Assembly: GCA_902806005.1 (NCBI GenBank)
Contig: CADCUY010000466.1
Coordinates: forward strand, 1-42,586
Origin: an uncultured Quadrisphaera sp.
Lineage (GTDB): Bacteria > Actinomycetota > Actinomycetes > Actinomycetales > Quadrisphaeraceae
DNA: 42,586 nucleotides
Direction of reading: 5' to 3'
Shown here: positions 16,611 through 24,544 of the stretch, piece by piece
Numbering within the stretch: the stretch's first letter is position 1
Layout of the letters: each line of letters starts with the position of its first letter
Translations under genes and position numbers: made by a program
Notes under the pieces: generated by a model
The model's database searches: none
Told to the model about the DNA's origin: nothing
The model's input: only the letters and a program-made list of their open reading frames with translations

Positions 16611-18341
16611 TCAGGCCGGGGTGCCGCCCGCCGGTCCGAAGACCCGGGTGCAGTAGTCGACGAGCCGCCCGGGGTCGTCGGCGGAGCCGCGGTACGCGAT
16701 GTGGCCGTCGGGGCGGACCAGGACCAGGGCGGGCCGCTCCTTGAGGCCGTACGCAGCGTGGGCCACGTGGTCGAGGTCGTCGAGCTCGACCACCCCGCCA
16801 CCCGCCGGGGGCGTGGTGGAGGCGCCGGTCACCAGCCGGGGACGCACCCAGGCCCACGGCGACACCGCGTCCACGGCGGCGGCGCGGTGCCCCTGGGGGT
16901 CCTCCACCCCGCCGTCGAAGGCCAGCAGCGACCACCCCCACGTCCACCCGTCGGGGTTCTGGGTGTGGGCGAACAGGTGCGTGGTGGCGCCGTGCTGGTC
17001 GACCACGCGGGCGTCCGGGGCCCGCTCGCCCGCCTTCGGTGCCTTGTGGTGCAGCAGGCGACCGCCGAGGTGGTCCTCGTTCAGGGCGCTGTCGGGGTAG
17101 TGCACGGAGAGCTGCTGCAGGTCGTCGGTGCCCTGGATCAGCGAGCCGATGCCGGGCACGAACCGCGAGGCCGCGTCGAGGCCCAGGTCGGTGACCTTGC
17201 CGCGCTCGACGGTGGTCTTGAAGCCCCTGGCCTGCTGGTGGTCGAGGCGGGCGTGCTCACCGCGGCGCTCCTGGTCGTAGGAGTCCAGCACGACGGGATC
17301 CGCGTGCCCGGCCAGCACCATCGCCAGGCGCCAGGCCACGGCCACGGCGTCGTGGATCCCCGCGTTCATGCCCTGGCCGCCGATCGGCATGGTCAGGTGG
17401 CCGGCGTCCCCGGCCAGCAGCACCCGGTCGACGGCGTAGTGCGAGGTCACCCCGTGGCTGAAGCGGTTGCGGCTGAACCAGATCGGGTCGGTCAGGGTGA
17501 GCGTCTCGTCCTGGGTGACCTCGCGGGCGAGCGCCTGCATCTCCTCCAGCGTGGGGTCGCGGTCGGGCACCCCGGTGTCGTCCTGGACGAAGTAGAGGCG
17601 GTGGTAGCCGCCCCAGATCGGCAGGACGCCGGTGAAGCCGTTCGGCTGGTAGTAGAAGAAGGTGAGGTGGTCGGGCTCGGTGGAGCGGCGCCAGCTCAGC
17701 TTCGCGTCGACCTGGCGGTTGATCCGGCCCGGGAACGACTCGGTCTCCAGGGGCAGGCCGAGCAGCTCGCGCACCTGGCCCGAGCTGCCGTCGGCGCCGA
17801 CGACGTACCGGCAGCGGATCCGCTCCGTGCCCGCCGCGGCGTCGGAGTCACCGTCGTGGTCCCCGGCGTCGGCGACCGTGACGGTCACCCCCTCGGCGTC
17901 CTGCTCGAGGCCGACCAGGCGTCGGCTCCGCTCGACGGGGGCGCCGCGGTCGGCCACGAGGTCGCTCAGCGTCGTCTCCATGACGTCCTGCCCGCTGTAC
18001 AGCGCGTTCGGGAAGGGGCTCTCGACGTCGTCGAGCGCCACGGGGTCGACGGGGCGCCCGTTCAGCACGGTCCTGGCCTCGGTGACCACGTAGGCCTGCT
18101 CGGCGAGGGCGTCACGCAGGCCCACCCCGGTCAGGAGCTCCTGGACCCGGGCCCACAGGTTGTTCGCCCGTGAGTACGCCTTGGTGTCGGCGCGCTGCTC
18201 GATGAGCCGGCACGCCACCCCGTGGTGGCGCAGCGCCGCGGCGGTGATGAGGCCGATCGGCCCGGCACCCACCACCAGGACGTCGGTGTCGAACGGGGCG
18301 GACGACGAGTCGGTCGAGGAGGTGAGGACGTCACTGGTCAT
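16611..18341 (-). CDS. FAD-dependent aromatic-ring monooxygenase (PheA/TfdB-like, with thioredoxin-like C-terminal domain)
   Basis: Motifs DVLVVGAGPIGL, GDAGH..PIGGQGMNAGIHDA, and a ~190-aa C-terminal extension. The ATG at 18341 is preceded by CAGGAG. Confidence 0.92.
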   Translation of the reverse strand: MTSDVLTSSTDSSSAPFDTDVLVVGAGPIGLITAAALRHHGVACRLIEQRADTKAYSRANNLWARVQELLTGVGLRDALAEQAYVVTEARTVLNGRPVDPVALDDVESPFPNALYSGQDVMETTLSDLVADRGAPVERSRRLVGLEQDAEGVTVTVADAGDHDGDSDAAAGTERIRCRYVVGADGSSGQVRELLGLPLETESFPGRINRQVDAKLSWRRSTEPDHLTFFYYQPNGFTGVLPIWGGYHRLYFVQDDTGVPDRDPTLEEMQALAREVTQDETLTLTDPIWFSRNRFSHGVTSHYAVDRVLLAGDAGHLTMPIGGQGMNAGIHDAVAVAWRLAMVLAGHADPVVLDSYDQERRGEHARLDHQQARGFKTTVERGKVTDLGLDAASRFVPGIGSLIQGTDDLQQLSVHYPDSALNEDHLGGRLLHHKAPKAGERAPDARVVDQHGATTHLFAHTQNPDGWTWGWSLLAFDGGVEDPQGHRAAAVDAVSPWAWVRPRLVTGASTTPPAGGGVVELDDLDHVAHAAYGLKERPALVLVRPDGHIAYRGSADDPGRLVDYCTRVFGPAGGTPA

Positions 18342-18770
18342 GGCTGCTCCTGGTGTCGGCGGTGCGCGCGGGTGCGGTGGTGGCGTGGGGGAGGCGGGCG
18401 GTCGTGGCCGGGACGGGCGCAGGTCGCGGCCCCGGGGTACCGGTGTCCGCCCACGAGCAGGACCGTCAGCTCGAGCGCGGAGTCGCGGGCGGCGCGGACG
18501 GGCTGGCGTCCGTGCGGGGGCGCTGCTGGGACATCGACCGACCTCCAGAGCGGGGAGGATGCGTGGTCTTGCGGCATCCGGTGCTGAGCGCAGGTCCTGG
18601 CGTGCTGTGATCGACGCTAGCACCGGAACGGAGGTGGCGCCTCCGGTAGCGTGGGGGTGCTTGCGGCTCCCCGCAGTGCAGCGGGTGGCTCTGGGGCGGC
18701 GACACGACGTCACGCGTCCGTCTGGCGGCGGGCGACGCCACCGGTGGCACGGGGCTGCGGAGTTCGGGCC

Positions 18771-19385
18771 CTAGTGCCGGTGTAGTGGCTGCTCGACGCC
18801 CTGGGCCGGCGGCAGGGCGTCCTGCGCACCGCCCCGCACGAGCAGGTCGAGGTCGTCGAACGCGTCGGACAGCAGCGCCGCGAAGCTGCGCGACGAGCCG
18901 TCGAGCCACTCGCGCCGGGCCCGGGAGAGCACCTCGATGCCGCACGCAGCAGCCAGCGACCCCAGGTGCCGGGGGGTGCCGCGCCGTTCGAGCGCGTCGG
19001 TGACCGCCTCGGTGAGGTGGACCGTCTTGGCCGCAGCCCGCTCGCGCAGCTCCGGCGTGGCGGTGATGACCCGGTGCTGATGCGCCTGCGCGTCCCGCTC
19101 GTCCTCGCCGTGCGACGCGAGGGAGGAGAAGGCGTGGCGCAGCACCCCCAGCAGCGACAGCTCAGGGGCACCGGCGACGGCAGCGGTCATCGACGCCTGG
19201 AGGGCGGCTTCCCCGTCGAAGACCACCTCCCGCTTGTCCGGGAAGTGGCGGAAGTAGGTGCGCTCGGTGACCCCGGCGAGGGCGGCCACCTCGGCCGTCG
19301 TCGTCCGGTCGTACCCGCGCTCGGCGTAGAGCTCCAGCGCCGCGGCGCGGAGCCGGCCGCGCACGTCCTTCCTGCTGCCAGCCAC
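18771..19385 (-). CDS. TetR/AcrR family transcriptional regulator
   Basis: ORF of 204 aa with the HTH LRAAALELYAERGYDRTTTAEVAALAGVTERTYFRHF. Confidence 0.9.
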   Translation of the reverse strand: MAGSRKDVRGRLRAAALELYAERGYDRTTTAEVAALAGVTERTYFRHFPDKREVVFDGEAALQASMTAAVAGAPELSLLGVLRHAFSSLASHGEDERDAQAHQHRVITATPELRERAAAKTVHLTEAVTDALERRGTPRHLGSLAAACGIEVLSRARREWLDGSSRSFAALLSDAFDDLDLLVRGGAQDALPPAQGVEQPLHRH

Positions 19386-19405
19386 ACCAGCATCCTAGAC
19401 GCCAG

Positions 19406-19446
19406 CGACAGTCACTGACGATGCGTGCTAACGTCAGTCACTGTCG
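19406..19446. promoter_or_regulatory. Pair of 15-bp operator-like sites CGACAGTCACTGACG / CGTCAGTCACTGTCG (inverted, 1 central mismatch, 11-nt spacer)
   Basis: Read directly from the sequence. Located in the 105-nt divergent region between TetR (start 19385) and the NAD(P)-binding gene (start 19491). Confidence 0.75.
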
Positions 19447-19490
19447 ATCCAGGAGGGTCCACAGCGCGCAGTCGTGGTGAGGAGATCCGC

Positions 19491-20114
19491 ATGAAGGTCC
19501 TCGTGGTGGGTGCCGCCGGCAAGACCGGTCGGGCCGTGGTCGAACGTGCTGCGGCGGAGGGCCACGAGGTGACCGCCTTCGTCCGCAGGGACCGGGGCGA
19601 CGGGGTCCCTGGCGTCGAGGTGCGGGTCGGCGACGCCAGCGACCCGGTGGCGGTGGGAGCCGCGGTCGAGGGGCACGACGCCGTCATCGACACCGTCGGC
19701 GGCAGGACCCCCTACCGCGCCACCACCCTCGAGGCGGACGTGGCCACCGCGCTCGTCGCGGCGATGCGGCGGCACGGCGTCCGACGGCTCGTCGTCACCT
19801 CCGCGATCGGCGTGGGCGACAGCTCCGCGCACGCGCCCCTCCTGACCAAGGTCGTCGTGGCGACCTTCCTCCGAGCCTCCACCCCCGACAAGGCCGCGAT
19901 GGAGGCGGTGGTGCGCGGCAGCGGGCTCGACTGGGTGATCACCCGACCCGCGGTCCTGACCGACAAGGCCGCCACCGGGCACGTCCGCACCCTCTCGGCC
20001 GGGGACCGCGGCAGGGCCCGCTCCATCACCCGCGCGGACCTCGCCGCCTTCCTGGTCACCCAGCTCACCAGCGACGACCACCTCCGGCAGGCCGTCACCC
20101 TCGCCGACCGGTGA
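19491..20114 (+). CDS. NAD(P)H-binding protein (NmrA/BVR-B-like atypical SDR)
   Basis: MKVLVVGAAGKTGRAVVERAAAEGHEVTAFVR.... GAGGAG lies 6 nt upstream of the ATG. Confidence 0.88.
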   Translation: MKVLVVGAAGKTGRAVVERAAAEGHEVTAFVRRDRGDGVPGVEVRVGDASDPVAVGAAVEGHDAVIDTVGGRTPYRATTLEADVATALVAAMRRHGVRRLVVTSAIGVGDSSAHAPLLTKVVVATFLRASTPDKAAMEAVVRGSGLDWVITRPAVLTDKAATGHVRTLSAGDRGRARSITRADLAAFLVTQLTSDDHLRQAVTLADR

Positions 20115-20526
20115 CCCCCGGCAGGCGTCGCGCGTCCGTGCGTCCAGCCAGGTGCCGGTGACGGCCCGCACGTGCTCCGACGGGGCCTCGCACGGCCAGG
20201 GCGCAGCCGCAGGCGACTGGCGGGACGAGCACTGCTGCGGTGACGGCGTCCCGGCTCACCCCGGTGCCAGCCACTGACGTCGGCCAGGGGGACCGGCGGG
20301 ACCCGTCAGCCGGGCGCCTGTGGTGCGCCCGCCGCTGCCTGCTCGAGGACCCAGCGGTCAGCACGGCGACGCTCACGGTCGCAGCCGGTGGAGGTGGACC
20401 TGCCCGTCCTAGGTCCAGCGCAGCCCGGGCTGGGCCTGTGCACCGGCAGCGGTCCCGGGTTGGCTCGTCGTGTCCGGTCGCAGTGGCGCCCGGCGCCCCC
20501 GACCCGAGCACCACGAGGAGACCACG

Positions 20527-20604
20527 ATGAGCACCGTCCTGGTCACCGGGGCCGGCCCGCACCGTGTGATCCACACCACGACGACCGGATCCACCGACCT
20601 GTAG
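20527..20604 (+). pseudogene. 25-codon ORF resembling the N-terminus of a Rossmann/SDR protein (MSTVLVTGAGP...); probable gene stub or leader ORF
   Basis: A strong GAGGAG lies 6 nt upstream of the ATG at 20527. The TAG stop at 20602..20604 sits inside the AGGAG Shine-Dalgarno of the downstream FDOR gene. Confidence 0.3.
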
Positions 20605-20614
20605 GAGCTGCACC

Positions 20615-21085
20615 GTGGACACCCTGGCGTCCGACCGCGACCGGATCATCAGCGCCCTGTCGATCACCCCCGCGTCGTCCGCGCGGGAACGCACGGTGGA
20701 CATCACCACCACCGGTGCGCGCACCGGGCAGCCGCGCCGCATCGAGATCTTCTTCTACCGCGCGCTGGGCCGCTGGTTCCTCTCCAGCACCCCCGCCCGC
20801 CGCTCCTGGTACGCGAACCTGCAGGTCGACCCGGCCTTCACCTTCCACCTCAAGCACGGCGTGCGCGCCGACCTGGCCGCGACGGCGCTGCCCGTGCCCG
20901 ACCCGGAGGAGCGCCGGCGGATTTTCACCGAGATCGTCGCGGACCTCAACCAGCCGTCCAACCCGGGATGGATCACCCAGCCGACCCACGTGGACGACTG
21001 GATCGCCGGCAGCCCGCTGATGGAGATCCGCTTCGACCTCCTGCTGCCGTCGGACGCCCTGCTCGACCGACCGGCTCCGCGCTGA
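20615..21085 (+). CDS. Deazaflavin (F420H2)-dependent nitroreductase family protein (FDOR-A / DDN-like)
   Basis: ORF of 156 aa with RERTVDITTTGARTGQPRRIEIFFY...WYANLQVDPAFTFHLKHG, characteristic of this family. It is a paralog of 26352..26786. Confidence 0.85.
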   Translation: MDTLASDRDRIISALSITPASSARERTVDITTTGARTGQPRRIEIFFYRALGRWFLSSTPARRSWYANLQVDPAFTFHLKHGVRADLAATALPVPDPEERRRIFTEIVADLNQPSNPGWITQPTHVDDWIAGSPLMEIRFDLLLPSDALLDRPAPR

Positions 21086-21165
21086 TCGTGACCGCGCTTG
21101 CCGTCGGGGCGGCCGGCAGTCGATCATGCAGGTCCGGCCACGATCACGACCGACGCGGAGGAACG

Positions 21166-22011
21166 ATGACGACCGGGAGCGAACTGGGCTGCTTCCTCCG
21201 AGCCCGCCGGGGACGGCTCACGCCTGAGGAAGCGGGGATCACGCCGCACGGTGCCGCACGGCGCGTCGTGGGCCTCAAGCGCGAGGAGGTCGCGCAGATG
21301 GCCGGGGTGAGCGTCGACTACTACGCGCGCCTGGAGCAGGGCCGGCCGGTGCACTTCTCCGCCTCCGTGCTCGAGGCCGTGGGCCGCGCGCTGCAGCTGG
21401 ACCGCGTCGACCAGGCGCACCTGCACGACCTCGCGGGCGCTCGCGACCGGCGCGCGCGCCGCGACCCGGCCGGGCGCCCGGCGGTGCTGCCGGCCTACGA
21501 GCGCCTCGTGCGCGGCATGGCGGACCAACCGGCCTTCGTCACCGACTGGCGCCTGAACGTGCTCCTGGCCACCCCCCTCGCGCTGGCGCTCTACCTCGAG
21601 ATGGGGAGCGTCGACCCGGAGGAGCGCAACTTCGCCCGCTTCGTCTTCACCGATCCCGGTGCGCGGGCCCTGTTCGCCGACTGGCACCTGACCGCCGCCC
21701 TGGTGGTCGGGTCGCTGCGACACAGCCTCGCGCAGCACTCCGGCGACGCCGAGCTGCTCGCCCTGATCGCCGCGTGCCGGCGCGTCCCGGACTTCGAGCA
21801 GCTGTGGCAGGACTACGCCCTCACCGAGATCACCCACAGCCGCAAGCTGCACCGCCACCCCGTCGTCGGGGACGTCTGGGTCGACTGCGACAACGTCCGC
21901 CTCGTGGGGGAGTCCGACCAGCTGCTCACGGTGGGCAGCGTCGACGCCGGCTCCGAGAGCGAGGCCGCGCTGGACCGCCTCGCCGTGCTCGCGTCCTCGC
22001 CCGTGCGCTGA
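21166..22011 (+). CDS. MmyB-like transcriptional regulator (XRE HTH plus MmyB-like domain)
   Basis: MTTGSELGCFLRARRGRLTPEEAGI...GLKREEVAQMAGVSVDYYARLEQG.... GGAGGA lies upstream of the ATG. Confidence 0.88.
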   Translation: MTTGSELGCFLRARRGRLTPEEAGITPHGAARRVVGLKREEVAQMAGVSVDYYARLEQGRPVHFSASVLEAVGRALQLDRVDQAHLHDLAGARDRRARRDPAGRPAVLPAYERLVRGMADQPAFVTDWRLNVLLATPLALALYLEMGSVDPEERNFARFVFTDPGARALFADWHLTAALVVGSLRHSLAQHSGDAELLALIAACRRVPDFEQLWQDYALTEITHSRKLHRHPVVGDVWVDCDNVRLVGESDQLLTVGSVDAGSESEAALDRLAVLASSPVR

Positions 22012-22089
22012 CCGGCGCCCCCCTCCACCGGCGACCCTCGGCACCCTCCAGGACGGCGCGGCGGTGGACCGGCTCCACGACGCGGCGTC

Positions 22090-22115
22090 GACCGGACTCG
22101 CCGGGACGTCCGGTC
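22090..22115 (+). terminator. Hairpin GACCGGAC-N10-GTCCGGTC about 80 nt downstream of the MmyB-like gene
   Basis: Read directly from the sequence: 8-bp stem, no U-tract. Confidence 0.3.
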
Positions 22116-22382
22116 ACGAGCAGGGCTGCGCCTCGGAGACGACCGTCACCGCGCGGGGGCGCAGCCGGACACCACCACTGAGCAGCACGTTCCCGGGGCA
22201 GCGGCGCGCGACGCACGGTCGACCGGCCGCGACACCGTTCGGCGGTGTGGCTGCCCGCACGGCTGGTGGCCCCCCGCCACGAGGCTGGGTCTGCCAGTGC
22301 CAGGTCCAGCGCTGCCTGCTCCGGATCTTCCGCTGACCCGCGCTCGCGGTGTCTGCTCCTCGTACCGACTCGAGGGGGACGC

Positions 22383-23396
22383 ATGGAGCAGTGGCTGCTA
22401 CCGGCAGGCGTGACCGACGCGGAGGGCCTGGTGCTGCGCGAGGTCCCGGTCCCGGAACCGGGCCCGGGTGAGGTGCGGATCACGGTGCGAGCGGTGTCGA
22501 TCAACGCCCGCGACGCCCTCATCCTGGCGGGGCCGTTCGGCCGGGCCGGCGACCGTGACCTCGTGCCGCTGTCCGACGTGGCCGGCGAGATCGACGCGGT
22601 CGGCGAGGGCGTCACCCAGTGGGCGGTCGGCGACCGCGTCACCGACCTGCACTTCGCCGGGTGGGACGACGGCCCGGCGCCCGACGATCGCGGCGGGGTC
22701 GGGCTGGGCGCCGACGGGGACGACGGGGTGCTGGCCGAGCAGGTGGTGCTGCGGGCCGACCGCGTCACGCGGATGCCCGCGAACCTGTCCTTCGCCGAGG
22801 CGTCCGCGCTGCCGGTGGCGGGGGTGACGGCGTGGAACGCGGTGATGGGGCGGTTGCCGGTGGGGCCCGGCGACACCGTCGTGGTGATCGGGAGCGGCGG
22901 TGTGGCGCTGTTCGCGCTGCAGATCGCCACCGCGGCCGGGGCCCGGGTGGTCGCGATGGGGCGTCGCGAGGAGCAGGGGGAGCGGCTGCTGGCGATGGGT
23001 GCCACCGACTTCGTCAACGGCACCACCGTGCCCGGGTGGGCGGCCGAGCTGGCTGGCCGCTGCGGCGGCGCCGCGAAGGTGGTCAACACCATCGGGATGC
23101 GGGCGGTCGGGGCCTGTCTGCCGGCGCTGGCCGGCGGTGGGGAGGTCGCCGTGGTCGGGCTCGTGGAGCACGGCAGCGCGACCCTGGACGGCGACGCGCT
23201 GCTGGGTCGGGAGCTGGTCGTCCGGGGGGTGTCGGTCGGCAGCCACCGGATGCACCGCGACCTGGTCGCCCTGGTCGAGCGCGAGCACCTGCGCCCGGTC
23301 ATCGACCGCACGTTCCCGTTCTCGAAGGCCCCGGAGGCGTTCCGCGCCCAGGCCGGCGGCGGCCTCTTCGGCAAGCTCGTCATCGAGGTGGCCTGA
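22383..23396 (+). CDS. MDR-family NAD(P)H quinone oxidoreductase-like (zinc-free)
   Basis: MEQWLLPAG...GEVRITVRAVSINARD..., with nucleotide-binding motif VIGSGGVALFALQIA. GAGGGGGA lies upstream of the ATG. Confidence 0.9.
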   Translation: MEQWLLPAGVTDAEGLVLREVPVPEPGPGEVRITVRAVSINARDALILAGPFGRAGDRDLVPLSDVAGEIDAVGEGVTQWAVGDRVTDLHFAGWDDGPAPDDRGGVGLGADGDDGVLAEQVVLRADRVTRMPANLSFAEASALPVAGVTAWNAVMGRLPVGPGDTVVVIGSGGVALFALQIATAAGARVVAMGRREEQGERLLAMGATDFVNGTTVPGWAAELAGRCGGAAKVVNTIGMRAVGACLPALAGGGEVAVVGLVEHGSATLDGDALLGRELVVRGVSVGSHRMHRDLVALVEREHLRPVIDRTFPFSKAPEAFRAQAGGGLFGKLVIEVA

Positions 23397-23398
23397 CG

Positions 23399-23779
23399 AT
23401 GCCGATCCTCGAGCACCTCCGCACCAACGAGCTCGACCCCGACACGGAGGCGTGGTTCATCGGTGTCCTGGAGGTCATCGAGCGCCTGGACGCCGCCGCG
23501 TACGTCGAGCTGATGGCGCCCGACGTGGAGATCGTGATGGACGCCGGCGGCACCACCCTGCGGGGCCGTGACGCGGTGCGCGCGGGGCTGGCCGCGGCCT
23601 GGAGCGGCCTGGAGAGCCTGGTGCACGACGAGGTCAACATCTACGGCAGCGGCGACCGCTTCGTCCACGAGAGCGTCACGCACGTGGTCACCGAGGACGG
23701 CCAGCGGATCGACACCCGCACCTGCGTGTGGATCGACCGCGACGACGACGGGCGGATCCTCGCCGCCCGCGTCTACTGA
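23399..23779 (+). CDS. SnoaL-like / NTF2 family protein
   Basis: 126 aa; it starts 2 nt after the upstream stop. The size and alternating beta-strand pattern (VHESVTHVVTEDGQRIDTRTCVWIDRDDDGRI) fit this fold. The family call is tentative. Confidence 0.7.
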   Translation: MPILEHLRTNELDPDTEAWFIGVLEVIERLDAAAYVELMAPDVEIVMDAGGTTLRGRDAVRAGLAAAWSGLESLVHDEVNIYGSGDRFVHESVTHVVTEDGQRIDTRTCVWIDRDDDGRILAARVY

Positions 23780-23811
23780 CCACCCGCCCACGACCACAGG
23801 AGGACGACGAC

Positions 23812-24477
23812 ACGGGTTCGCTGGACGGACGCACCGCCCTGGTCACCGGAGCCGGCAAGGGCATCGGGGCGAGCACCGCCGAGTGCCTCGCGGCCGAGGG
23901 CGCGAGGGTGGCGGTCGACCACGTGCACGACGAGGACTCCGCGGCCGCGGTGGTGGAGCGCATCACTGCCAGCGGCGGCACGGCGCAGGCGTTCCAGGCC
24001 GACGTCGCCCGCAGCGCGGACGCCGAGCGGCTGGTCCGCGAGGTGCGGGGCGCCTTCGGCCCCGTCGACGTGCTGGTCGGCGACGTGCTCACCACGCGGG
24101 AGTTCGTCGAGCAGGACGACATCAGCGGGGGTGCCATCGTCGACGTGACCAGCGTCGGCGTCGTGTTCACCGCGCCCCAGACCGCCCTGTGCACGGCGAC
24201 GAAGGCCGCGCTCGTGGGTCTCACCAGGGTGCTCTCGCTCGAGCTGGCCCCGCGCGGCATCCGGGTCAACGCGATCGCGGCCGGCCTGGTCGACACCGAG
24301 GGCACGCGCGCGTCCGGGTTCATCGGCTCCGACGCCGAGGCCGCGGTCGTCGCCCAGATCCCTCTGGGGCGCCTGGGTGCCCCGCAGGAGATCGGGTCGG
24401 TGGCGGTGTTCCTGGCCTCCGACGCCTCGCGGTTCGTCACCGGTGACGTCATCTGCGCCTCGGGGGGCCAGGTCTGA
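23812..24477 (+). pseudogene. Degenerate SDR: no canonical start near its RBS, about 30-aa internal deletion, catalytic Tyr replaced by Cys
   Basis: AGGAGGA at 23798..23804 is followed by in-frame ACG at 23812, with no ATG/GTG until the overlapping GTG at 23728. TALVTGAGKGIG is intact, but VDVLVGDV replaces VDVLVNNAG. The spacing to the Ser is about 30 aa short, and CTATK replaces YxxxK. Confidence 0.6.
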
Positions 24478-24544
24478 CGGCGGTCCGCTCGCAGTCCCCG
24501 CTCCATCCCCGCCCGTGACAGCACCGACGCACCAAGGAGACCCC

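Noticed and set aside
18338-18577. A 79-codon ORF here and a 96-codon ORF at 27760..28050 both end in an ATGA overlap with the downstream enzyme gene, which could suggest coupled upstream genes.
   Set aside because: Any gene starting ATG-A creates a TGA in that shifted frame, so the overlap is not evidence in itself. Both products are basic and Pro-rich with no hydrophobic core. They are kept only as low-priority candidates inside the spacer findings.
20115-20526. ORFs 20095..20742 - and 20240..20530 + as possible genes filling the gap after the NmrA-like gene.
   Set aside because: No recognisable motifs, low-complexity Arg/Ala/Gly-rich products, and no ribosome-binding sites. The region is left unassigned.
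22012-22382. The 371-nt gap between MmyB-like regulator 2 and the MDR gene as a possible small gene (ORF 22064..22336 +).
   Set aside because: The product is not protein-like (Arg/Gly/Thr-rich, no Shine-Dalgarno). The gap more likely holds a terminator hairpin (22090..22115) and the promoter of the downstream cluster.
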